Origin: Bacteroidales bacterium
GTDB taxonomy: Bacteria > Bacteroidota > Bacteroidia > Bacteroidales > UBA3824
Assembly: GCA_024413595.1 (NCBI GenBank)
Contig: JAKSUC010000011.1
Coordinates: 5,343 to 69,342, forward strand
Direction: 5' to 3'
DNA: 64,000 bases
The notes under the pieces are model-generated. The model saw only the letters and a program-made list of their open reading frames with translations. It did not search any database and had not been told where the DNA came from. Below, piece by piece: positions 50,300-59,484 of this stretch; positions within the stretch are counted from its first letter, which is position 1, and each line of letters begins with the position of its first letter. The translations under genes and the position numbers were made by a program.

Positions 50300-52065
50300 C
50301 TAGACTTTTGATACTCATAAACTATTTTCTAAAAAAATGAATTTTTATTTAATAACTCATAAAAATCTCATTAAATCATAAGCATTAATATTAATGTTCA
50401 ATAAATAATTTTGACATATTTAAAAAAGAATTATTTAGGAGTTCGATTTTGTAACATATAATATTAGGTTCAAATTTTAGTGTTAATATTTAAAACCATA
50501 AAATACAAGGCTTGTTGTGATATAGATTACACAATGAGCAACAAAGTATAAAGACCCTATATTAATAGCAAAGTATATTTTCATATAGCTTTAGGAGTGG
50601 ATTTTTAATACTTTTATATTAAAATATACAATATTTACTCTTAATACGTATAGAAAATATACTTTTTTTCAAAATATAAACACTATAAACTTGGTTGTTA
50701 AAATAAATTGCATAAAAAATAAGTACTCTAAATTCGATGCAATAAATATTAGTGTAAAGAAAAATAGCTTATATTTAGAAGCAAAGAAAATTTTGACCAA
50801 CCCTAAGCCATTAGGGTTAGTTGTAAGTTGTATTGCCACAAACCATGAAGCCTCATACTTAATCACGCTGAGCTACGCTATATAGCTATAGGTGTTGATT
50901 TTTGGAGATAAGTAAATTTATGTAAAATATAATAGCTAGATTTTTAACGTTATAACTCTTTGGATATAATATCTAGTGGTCTAAATTAATAGTTTAGAGG
51001 TTAATAATCTAACCCTAAGAGCTCTATTTTTTGAAAAAATAATTCTTGACATAAGGCTAACCTCTAAATATATATAATTTGTAACTTATGCAACAAAGTA
51101 TGAGGTGTTAGGGTTAATCACTTAGTGGTAAAGTGACAAGGTATGAGGTTGTATGGTTTGCCATTCAAACACTTGACATAAGGCTAAATGAGTCATTTTT
51201 TTTTGGTGACCAGCTCAATATATAGCTAAAGCAGAAATTTTTTAACGCTCAAACGCTCAGCATGAGGCTTTAGCAGAAATTTTTTAACGCTCAGACGCGC
51301 GGCATAGGGCTAGAGCATAAATATTTTGACGCTCAAACTCTCAGCATAAGGCTAAAGAATAAAATTCTTTAAACTGAGAGAAAAAGTGATAAAGTATGAG
51401 TTTTCATGGTATATCGGTTAGTGGCTAAGTGATTAAATACGGGAGGTCGTATTTTACCACTTAGAAATTAGGCAACAAGAAATTACGCCTAAAGCCTGCC
51501 TACAAGCTAAAGAGCGTTAAAAAAAAAAGTCTCAAGCCTACCTCATTTCGGCGGGACAAAAAAATATTATTTCTCAAGCCTTATGCAGAAAATCCGGGCA
51601 AAAAATAAATTCTTCTCTAGCCCTATAACAAGATACTTGGCAACAAAAATTTTCTTCTTCAGCCTATTGCATAGGTTTATTACTACATAAATGAAGAGGT
51701 CGATGCTTGTAGCTGAGCAACTGAACAAAATTGAGAAAAATGATAATGACCCTATTTTTTTTTGTTTTTTAAGTGTTAAAGACGTAATATTTGATGCAAA
51801 GAGTTTAAGCGACGAAATTAAAGCCATAATATTTTACATCAAGAAACTTTGCATCAAAATTAAAGGTCTAATATTCGATGCTGAGAATGTTAGCATCCAA
51901 AATAAAGGTCTAATATTCGATGCAAAGAGTGTAATCATCCAAAATCGAGCAATAATACTTTACACAAAAGTTATTGCACCCAAATTGAAGAACTCAATTT
52001 GTGATGCAATAACTCAATGTTGAAAAATATTAGCCATTATACTTTACACAAGATTGTTGTTAATA
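50300..52065. repeat. Degenerate 42-bp-period repeat array with orientation switch, no credible long ORF
   Basis: Units start at 51225/51267/51309/51351; reverse-complement-related units at 51489/51531/51573/51615/51657; AAAGGTCTAATATTCGATGC at 51862 and 51904; ACTCATAAA at 50313 and 50355. Confidence 0.75.
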
Positions 52066-52126
52066 AAAAAAAAGTAGTTTTTAGGGGTGTGGTCTAGTAT
52101 AATTGGAAAATTAATAGAAATATGAG

Positions 52127-52351
52127 TTAATATAATTACGAGTTACGAATTACGAGCTAAGTAATTCAAAATTCAAAAATGAATATGTAGCTGAAAGAAT
52201 TTGTGTTTTTTTTTAACATTTTTTATAAATATTTCGTATTTTTGAATTGGAAAAGAAAAAGCTTAATATAATTACAAGTTACGAATTACGAGCTAAGTAA
52301 ATCAAAATTCAAAAATCAAAATTCTAAATTCAAAAATCAAAATTCAAAAAT
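52127..52351 (+). repeat. Two 54-bp direct repeats built from heptamers (TTACGAR, TCAAAAW)
   Basis: 52127-52180 and 52263-52316 differ at 2 positions; the second continues with further TCAAAAT/TCAAAAA-type units to ~52351. Confidence 0.85.
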
Positions 52352-52367
52352 TAAAAAATATATTTAT

Positions 52368-54110
52368 ATGAAAAAAACATCATTATTATTATCTACATTA
52401 GCTGTAATATTATCAGCATGTGGAGGAGGTTCGGGCAATTCAAATAGTGTTCAGAATGTTCAAGGAGAAGGTGAAACCGAAAGTTTAAAACCTCAAAAAG
52501 AAATTCATGTGTCAACTGCAGAAGAGTTTATAAATGCTATTGGCAATGATACTCATATTATTCTTGATGATAATATCTTAGATCTTCAAAGTATTGTGGA
52601 TTTAAAAGTTCAAAATGGTAAGATTTCTAAAGTTGAATATGAAAATGAAGATTATAGAAAACCTATAAAACAAGATAATGCAGTTGTTGCTTATGGATAT
52701 GGTTCTTATAGCAATAATCAATTAAACTTTATGTCTTTAAACAATTTTACAATTGATGGAGGTAAAGATAGATATTGTATTTGTTTAGACTCATACGAAG
52801 CAGATGTTCTTTCTTTTGTATTTTGTAAAAACATTACAATCAAGAATATTATTCTTGGTCACGAACCAACAGCTGGTTGTGCTGGTGGTGTAACTAAATT
52901 TTTTGAATGTTCTAATGTAACAATCGAAAACTCTCAATTGTTTGGTTGTGGCGAAATTGGTATTGATGCTACAAAATGTAACAATTTTACTGTATCTAAA
53001 TCTGATATTTTTGATTGTTCTTATGCTGGTATCGAAGTAAATGATATTAGTAACTTTGCCTTTAATAATTGTAATTTTGCTGACTTAGATACAGATGTTC
53101 TTAACTTTTGGGAAGATTGTAAAGATGTAGTTTTCAATAATTGTGTGTTTGATGTTGAAAATTATGAAACAAATAATCCAAATGCAAATAAAATAACCTA
53201 CAATAATTGTAAAGTAGATACAAGCCTTAATTTCCCTGATTTGTGGTCTGAATTAGTTGGTGGTTTTGGTTATGATGGTTATTATGAAGGAGAAGAATTT
53301 GAGTATTATGGTGATAATCCAGATGAAGGACCAGATCCTGTTGAACTTGAATTTGATGATGTTAAAGGTTCTTTTTCAGACAAAGTAATTCATGTTAAAA
53401 CAGGTCAAGAATTTATCAAAGCTCTTGGAAATAATAGAACAATTATTGTTGATAATGATATATTAGATTTTTCATATTGTCTAGGAGATTTAATCGACAA
53501 TGGCGAAATATCACAAGAATCAGAAGGAAAACCTGCAATTCCTGGTATATATTGCACCGACAATTTTGATGGTTGGGGTCTTAAACTAAGTCATATTTAT
53601 AATCTTAAGATAGAAGGTAAAAATAAAGAGACACATATTCAAATAGAACCCAAATATGCAGATGTTTTATATTTTGAATTTGCTAAAAATATAGAACTTA
53701 AAAATCTAAAACTAGGACATAAAGAAAAAGGAGATTGTGAAGGAGCTGTATTACATTTTAATTCATGTCAAGATATAGAAATAGAAGATTGTAAACTCTA
53801 TGGATGTGGAGTTCAAGGAATTTTTGCTGCGTATTGTAATAATATTGATGTAGAAGATACTGAAATATATGAATGTAGCGAAACAGGTTTGTATTATAAT
53901 GTAGTTAAACAGAGTAAATGTAAAAATTGCAAATTCTATCAACTTGCAAATCCTTTGATTTTAACTAATAGCTATGTAACATTCAAAAAGTGTAGTTTTG
54001 ATGTTGAATATTGGAATCCTGATTATACAAACAATGGTTCTAAAGATAATCCAGTTGTATTCGATAATTGCGATATTAAATATAAGAATGTGATGGAATA
54101 CGGAGACTAA
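52368..54110 (+). CDS. Lipoprotein with two tandem right-handed parallel beta-helix domains
   Basis: LSAC lipobox; halves begin IHVSTAEEFINAIGND / IHVKTGQEFIKALGNN and share ADVL.F, LGH...GC.G.V, L.GCG..GI. Confidence 0.75.
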   Translation: MKKTSLLLSTLAVILSACGGGSGNSNSVQNVQGEGETESLKPQKEIHVSTAEEFINAIGNDTHIILDDNILDLQSIVDLKVQNGKISKVEYENEDYRKPIKQDNAVVAYGYGSYSNNQLNFMSLNNFTIDGGKDRYCICLDSYEADVLSFVFCKNITIKNIILGHEPTAGCAGGVTKFFECSNVTIENSQLFGCGEIGIDATKCNNFTVSKSDIFDCSYAGIEVNDISNFAFNNCNFADLDTDVLNFWEDCKDVVFNNCVFDVENYETNNPNANKITYNNCKVDTSLNFPDLWSELVGGFGYDGYYEGEEFEYYGDNPDEGPDPVELEFDDVKGSFSDKVIHVKTGQEFIKALGNNRTIIVDNDILDFSYCLGDLIDNGEISQESEGKPAIPGIYCTDNFDGWGLKLSHIYNLKIEGKNKETHIQIEPKYADVLYFEFAKNIELKNLKLGHKEKGDCEGAVLHFNSCQDIEIEDCKLYGCGVQGIFAAYCNNIDVEDTEIYECSETGLYYNVVKQSKCKNCKFYQLANPLILTNSYVTFKKCSFDVEYWNPDYTNNGSKDNPVVFDNCDIKYKNVMEYGD

Positions 54111-54130
54111 TTAAACAAAATATTAATAAA

Positions 54131-54163
54131 AAAGGCTTTACAAATATTTGTAAAGCCTTTTTT
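54131..54163. terminator. Bidirectional terminator (hairpin family copy 2)
   Basis: AAAGGCTTTACAAATATTTGTAAAGCCTTT between convergent genes. Confidence 0.8.
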
Positions 54164-54227
54164 ATGATTAAAACATTGTAAAATAGAATTTTGTAAAAAT
54201 AAATTACAATATTCTAAATATTACAAA

Positions 54228-54449
54228 TTAGTATTCATCTTCGTTAAAAAAGAAATCTTCTTTACTAGGATAGTCTGGCCAAATATCTTCGATACCGTCG
54301 TATATTTCACCGTCATCATCGATTTCTTGTAGATTTTCAATCAATTCCATAGGCGCTCCAGATCTAGTTGCATAATCGATTAATTCATCTTTGGTTGCAG
54401 GCCATGGAGCATCTTCGAGTTTTGTTGCTAATTCAAGTGTCCAGTACAT
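54228..54449 (-). CDS. DUF2795 domain-containing protein
   Basis: MYWTLELATKLEDAPWPATKDELIDYA...IWPDYPSKEDFFFNEDEY, a highly conserved Bacteroidetes 73-aa protein. Confidence 0.92.
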   Translation of the reverse strand: MYWTLELATKLEDAPWPATKDELIDYATRSGAPMELIENLQEIDDDGEIYDGIEDIWPDYPSKEDFFFNEDEY

Positions 54450-54636
54450 AGTATTTTATATGTTTTTGAATTGTTAATATTCCTATTTTTAAAAAATCGC
54501 AAATATATGTAATTTTCTTTTTAAAATCACAAATTATGCCATCTCTTTTTTTATTTATAAAATATTATTCTTGTTGCGTACAATTACGTACTATTATTAA
54601 TAAAGTTTCTAATTGGTTGAAATTTTTGAAATATAT

Positions 54637-55923
54637 TTAAAATCTTGCAGTAGTAACCTCATCAAATCCCCAAATAGTTACAGGTACACTATCACCACCT
54701 TTAACAGAGTGCATAAAAGCTTCAGAACTTGTTGTGAATTTATGAGCAAATGTGTTTATTAGTTTTTCGGCTTCGTCTTTTAAAGTATTATCAACGCGTT
54801 TGGCTTTTGCTGCATAATCGGCTGCCACCCAATAAATTTTGCTACGTTCAAATTCGTCTGCTATATTAGATGTGGCAACATTGCCATATATTGTTGATAT
54901 CAATATAAATGATTTTCCATTTTCTGAATTTAGTTCTATTGATTTTTTTAATTGCGAAATTGCACTTTGATATTGTTTTCTGCTACAATTTACTGTTGCA
55001 AGATTATAATAATGTTCTGATTTTTGAATATTTTCGGTTTCTTTATCTATTGCTTCTTTATAATATTCAGCAGCTTTGTCAAAATTTTTATTGTTTTTGA
55101 AATATTTAGCAATTGCACTTGCTGCTTGAGCTGTTGGATTTAAAGCGTACATTTTTTCAGAAACTTTGGCGTAAGTTTCACAATTATCACAATTTAAACA
55201 TTCTAATACATTATAAATGGCTTTATTTTCGTTTTCATTATCATTTACTTCAATATTATTATCAAACAATTTTGCCAATTCTGTTTTGTCTAATTTTTGA
55301 GTTTTTTTGTTAACAGATTGAATTATAGTAGAAACATTTTCAGAATATTTTTGATCTTGATTAAAAGATTCTTTAGAAATATTCATTAAAGTTTTGATAG
55401 CATTATTATAATAATCTTCATAAGAAATTTGTTTGGCTATAACTAAACTAGTTGCAAGTTGAATGTATGTAGAAGCTATACTTAAATCAGGATTAAAATT
55501 ATACAATTTAATAGATTGATTTAATAAATTGTATGCCTCAAAATAAGCAGAGTCAGATTTACGAAGTTTCATAATATCAATTCCGCATCTACCTAAGACA
55601 TTTGCACTATCACCAAAATATTGCATACGCTGAAAATAAATTGTTTTTAAAGTGTCAACATACGCATTGATTGTATCAGTGTTTGATGTTTTTGAAATAA
55701 AACCTTTATAAAGTTTAACACCATCAAGATACACGTTTTTGCTTTTTTCAGGATATTTTGAGAAAATAATTTTGAAAGGTTCGCGTGCATAATTATATGC
55801 TTCAACATCTAAAAGCGATTTATAAAGCGAATAATTAACATTATAATCGTTAACGTTGTCTTCTTGACTAAATAAACTATTAGAGCATACAACTAATACT
55901 AATAAAATAAATACCTTTTTCAT
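54637..55923 (-). CDS. Secreted tetratricopeptide-repeat protein
   Basis: Signal peptide; TPR-like helices AAEYYKEAI, AISQLKKSIELN; IYWVAADY. Confidence 0.75.
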   Translation of the reverse strand: MKKVFILLVLVVCSNSLFSQEDNVNDYNVNYSLYKSLLDVEAYNYAREPFKIIFSKYPEKSKNVYLDGVKLYKGFISKTSNTDTINAYVDTLKTIYFQRMQYFGDSANVLGRCGIDIMKLRKSDSAYFEAYNLLNQSIKLYNFNPDLSIASTYIQLATSLVIAKQISYEDYYNNAIKTLMNISKESFNQDQKYSENVSTIIQSVNKKTQKLDKTELAKLFDNNIEVNDNENENKAIYNVLECLNCDNCETYAKVSEKMYALNPTAQAASAIAKYFKNNKNFDKAAEYYKEAIDKETENIQKSEHYYNLATVNCSRKQYQSAISQLKKSIELNSENGKSFILISTIYGNVATSNIADEFERSKIYWVAADYAAKAKRVDNTLKDEAEKLINTFAHKFTTSSEAFMHSVKGGDSVPVTIWGFDEVTTARF

Positions 55924-56022
55924 TTTTCAATTTTTCATTTTAGTTACTAATCGATACAATATTACGGACTAATAAAAAGAATGTTATTTAGTAATTATCA
56001 AATAAATATTAAAATGAAGTGC

Positions 56023-56058
56023 AAAAAAAAAGAGAGTTAATTTAAATTAACTCTCTTT
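56023..56058 (-). terminator. Terminator after the LysM gene
   Basis: AAAGAGAGTTAATTT/AAATTAACTCTCTTT palindrome with an A tract on the + strand. Confidence 0.7.
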
Positions 56059-56080
56059 ATATTATTTGGTAATATAACAA

Positions 56081-57922
56081 CTAATCAGCTTGTTCTAATT
56101 CAAAATTGTTACCATATCTAAGAACGAAAGTAGATTTGTTTTCAAACCCACTTGTTGGATTTACTCTTTGAAAATCGAATTTATAAATTAACCCATTTTC
56201 TTGACCTTCATCACAGAATTGGAAATATTTACCGTGTTTAACTAATTTAGAAATAAAATAGTCTGCAATATCATAACCACTAAATCCATAAATACCAGGT
56301 TCAATGTTAAAGAATTCTCTAAAATCAGACACAAACATTTTAACCTCAGTTTTAGAATAATCAATAAAACTATTAGAACGATAACAGAAATTCATATTTT
56401 GAAGAAATTCTACATCAATATTCACATATTTTTCCCAACTTTGAGAACCAAACAAAGTAACTTTGTATTTATTAGTTTTAACAATAGTAGCTAATTGATT
56501 AACAACTTTAGTGATAAAAACTTCGTCGTTGCTAGGAATAAGAATAACATTGTTTTTAGCCAAATTCATAGCTTCTTCCACTCTAGAAATACCACCATTA
56601 TGAATATCAATTTCTTTAAAAATCATATCAGGAACATTTTTGTCAGAAAAATAACTACGAGTTAAATTGTCGCGATAAATTTTTGTCATTTCAATTTCAG
56701 AAGCAGAACCATTATGAACTACAACTATATTTGAATTAGATAACTGACTAAAGAAATCTGTTGTTTGAGCAATTGAAGTGGCTGTTGATGGAGAAAATTG
56801 ATATAGATAAGGATTGTTATGAAGAATTTCGTTTTTTTGAGCAAAAGGCGAAATCATAGCTATTTGATTTTCTGTAGAAAAACGTGCTACTTTAACAACA
56901 TTATCAGTATAAAGAGGACCAATAATTAAATCCATCTTTTTTAATTCAGGTTCAGTTAATATTCTGTCGGTTGTAGCAAAATTATTTTCGGTATCATAAA
57001 CATATAAACAAACTTTTTCACCATTGTTTTGATGTTTTTTTATAGCTAACAATACACCATTATAAAATTCAAAAATTCTTTCGCTATTTTTAATTAATTG
57101 TTTTTTATCAGGTTCTGATTTAACGCTTTCACTGATAGAAGCATTATCATTAATAAACAAAGGTAAAAGAAGAGCAATTTTAAAAGTTTTAGAATTTTGA
57201 TAATGATAATCATCACAAGGAATATAATCTTCTTTTCTTTTAGCACGGTCTTTAATTAAGTCTATTTCGTCAACCTGATTTTCTGCAATATCTTCTAGAT
57301 TTTTATCATCAGCAATAATACGAGGTAAACGAATAATAGTACCTTGAGGAATACCATTTTTTAAAGAAGGATTATATTTAACAATTTCGTCAATTTCGAT
57401 GCTATATCTTTCACTAAGAGAAAGCAAAGTTTCGTTTTGTTTAGCAGTGTGATAAACAAATTCGGCATCTTGACGATCAGGTTTACCAGGATTTCCCACA
57501 GGAATTTTTAAAACAGTACCAGCTTTTAATCCCGCCTTTGTTGAAGGATTATATTTATAAATATCATCTTCAGTAACTCCATATTGTTTACAAATAGAAT
57601 ACATTGTTTGTTTACGTTCTACAGTATGGTAAACAAATTGTTGAGTATATCCTGGAGTGGTATTTTCACCCATAACAGGAATTTTGATACGAGTACCAGG
57701 AGTCATTTTTCCAACAAGAGCTTTGTTTTGCATATTGATATCTTGGATAGAAACACCATATGCACGAGCTATTGCGTCAACGGTTTCGCCATCTTTAATT
57801 GTATGGAGATAATATTTTGTACCAAACAATTGAACAAAAACTTCTGATTTTTTAACGTTTTGAGCATTAAGTATTGTTATAGAAAACAATACAACCCCGA
57901 TTAATAATAATATTTTTTTCAC
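56081..57922 (-). CDS. LysM x3 peptidoglycan-binding protein with periplasmic-binding (PBP1-like) C-terminal domain
   Basis: HTIKDGETVDAIARAYGV, HTVERKQTMYSICKQYGV, HTAKQNETLLSLSERY; KIALLLP, EFYNG, DLIIGPLY. Confidence 0.85.
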   Translation of the reverse strand: MKKILLLIGVVLFSITILNAQNVKKSEVFVQLFGTKYYLHTIKDGETVDAIARAYGVSIQDINMQNKALVGKMTPGTRIKIPVMGENTTPGYTQQFVYHTVERKQTMYSICKQYGVTEDDIYKYNPSTKAGLKAGTVLKIPVGNPGKPDRQDAEFVYHTAKQNETLLSLSERYSIEIDEIVKYNPSLKNGIPQGTIIRLPRIIADDKNLEDIAENQVDEIDLIKDRAKRKEDYIPCDDYHYQNSKTFKIALLLPLFINDNASISESVKSEPDKKQLIKNSERIFEFYNGVLLAIKKHQNNGEKVCLYVYDTENNFATTDRILTEPELKKMDLIIGPLYTDNVVKVARFSTENQIAMISPFAQKNEILHNNPYLYQFSPSTATSIAQTTDFFSQLSNSNIVVVHNGSASEIEMTKIYRDNLTRSYFSDKNVPDMIFKEIDIHNGGISRVEEAMNLAKNNVILIPSNDEVFITKVVNQLATIVKTNKYKVTLFGSQSWEKYVNIDVEFLQNMNFCYRSNSFIDYSKTEVKMFVSDFREFFNIEPGIYGFSGYDIADYFISKLVKHGKYFQFCDEGQENGLIYKFDFQRVNPTSGFENKSTFVLRYGNNFELEQAD

Positions 57923-58018
57923 TTTAGTATTAAAAATTTGCAGTTTATAATTATGACAAATGTATAAAAAAAATTAATTAAAGATTTAAAATCTTAAAAT
58001 TTACACTTTATCTCTTAA

Positions 58019-58531
58019 TTATTTTCTAAAAATAAAAAATTGAGAAAGAATAATAAAAATAGAAGAGCAAATAGTAGTAAAAAATATATTAATTATCAAA
58101 TTATAGAAATCAAAAAAGCCTATTGAGTTTATTAAAAAATAAACAAAATGATGAATAGCAATTAAAGTAACACTATATTTAATAAACCAATTCATACCTA
58201 AATAAGAAACGTAAGGCAAAAGACCAGATTCGTAGCCATCACGCGGAGAAAGAATATTTAAAATACCAGGACGTGCAAAAGCCATAACCACAGTAGCCGC
58301 AGCATTTAATCCAGGAGTATCGGCAAACACATCGATAGAATAACCTAAAATAAAAGCAAAAACTAATTGTAACCAATTTGGAACTTCAAATGGCACAATA
58401 AGAATAAACAAAACATAAAACATCGGAGTTATTCCAACTTCACTAATTTTTATGTTGCTAAAAACTAAAACTTGAATTAATACTAAAAAAAAGTATGCAC
58501 CTAATAATTTTAAATATCCTCTTATATCCAT
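58019..58531 (-). CDS. mreD: Rod shape-determining protein MreD
   Basis: Hydrophobic; IQVLVFSNI, YVLFIL..P, DVFADTPGLNAAA; follows mreC. Confidence 0.85.
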   Translation of the reverse strand: MDIRGYLKLLGAYFFLVLIQVLVFSNIKISEVGITPMFYVLFILIVPFEVPNWLQLVFAFILGYSIDVFADTPGLNAAATVVMAFARPGILNILSPRDGYESGLLPYVSYLGMNWFIKYSVTLIAIHHFVYFLINSIGFFDFYNLIINIFFTTICSSIFIILSQFFIFRK

Positions 58532-59368
58532 TTATTGTACAAATTTTGACTCTTGTGACTCTAATTCAATTTGTTCTTGTTGAAACAAATTATCAATAAC
58601 AAACACTTTTGATAAACATTTCATATCAGTGATATATTTAACCTTGATGCTATAAAAATTATCATCGCCATTTTTATGGAAATCTTCAATTATAGCAACT
58701 GGTAAATTTGGAGGGAAAATAGCAGAATAACCACTTGTTACAACAGTGTCACCTTTGTTAATTTCAATATGATTAGGAATTTCGTGAAGAGTTGCAGTAT
58801 GATAATCAATGCCATCCCACGTTATAGAACCATAAAAATTGTTGTTTTTTAGTTTGGCACTAACCCCAACTTTATTGTTCAATATAGAAATAACTAAAGA
58901 AAAATGTTCAGACGTATTAACCACAATACCAACCACGCCAGCAGCCGAAACTACTGCCATGTCAGGATGTACACCATCTTTTTCACCAACATCAAGAGTA
59001 AGAAAATTATTACTACGATTAACTGAATTTTTTAAAACAGATGCAGTAATGTATTTGTATTTTAAAACTCCAAGCGAGTCAACGGCATCATTAAATTTAG
59101 CAGTATCAAGAATATAGGCATCTTTGCTTTTTTGTCTAATTTGAGCAAGTTGTTCGATAAGTATATCATTTTCACCTCGTAGATTAAAATATTTAACATA
59201 TTTCCACGAAGCGTTATAAATATTACCTGCGATATAATTAGCCGACGTAAAAAAAACGCTATTTCTTTTAATGTCGCCACCAATAGCCAACACTAAAGCA
59301 ATAGTTTCTAAGATAATAAATACAATTTGGAAATGAATTTTCTTTAAAAATCGTAATAAACTTTCCAT
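58532..59368 (-). CDS. mreC: Rod shape-determining protein MreC
   Basis: NFLTLDVGEKDGV, GVVGIV, GDTVVTSGYSAIFP. Confidence 0.9.
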   Translation of the reverse strand: MESLLRFLKKIHFQIVFIILETIALVLAIGGDIKRNSVFFTSANYIAGNIYNASWKYVKYFNLRGENDILIEQLAQIRQKSKDAYILDTAKFNDAVDSLGVLKYKYITASVLKNSVNRSNNFLTLDVGEKDGVHPDMAVVSAAGVVGIVVNTSEHFSLVISILNNKVGVSAKLKNNNFYGSITWDGIDYHTATLHEIPNHIEINKGDTVVTSGYSAIFPPNLPVAIIEDFHKNGDDNFYSIKVKYITDMKCLSKVFVIDNLFQQEQIELESQESKFVQ

Positions 59369-59401
59369 ATAACAAAGTTTAATATGAAAACAAAAATAAA
59401 A

Positions 59402-59462
59402 ATTGAAAAGTTAAAAAGTTGAAATGAAAATTATCTTTCATTTTCAACCTTTAACTTTCAAC
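59402..59462 (-). other. Long intergenic stem-loop between mreB and mreC
   Basis: TTGAAAAGTTAAAAAGTTGAAATGAAAA pairs imperfectly with TTTCATTTTCAACCTTTAACTTTCAA. Confidence 0.55.
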
Positions 59463-59484
59463 AAAATTTTATTTTCAGCATTTG

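Noticed and set aside
50300-52065. CRISPR or TIGR-type guide array
   Set aside because: No constant repeat alternating with unique spacers; units diverge along their whole length and change orientation; no cas or Nop-domain gene in the window
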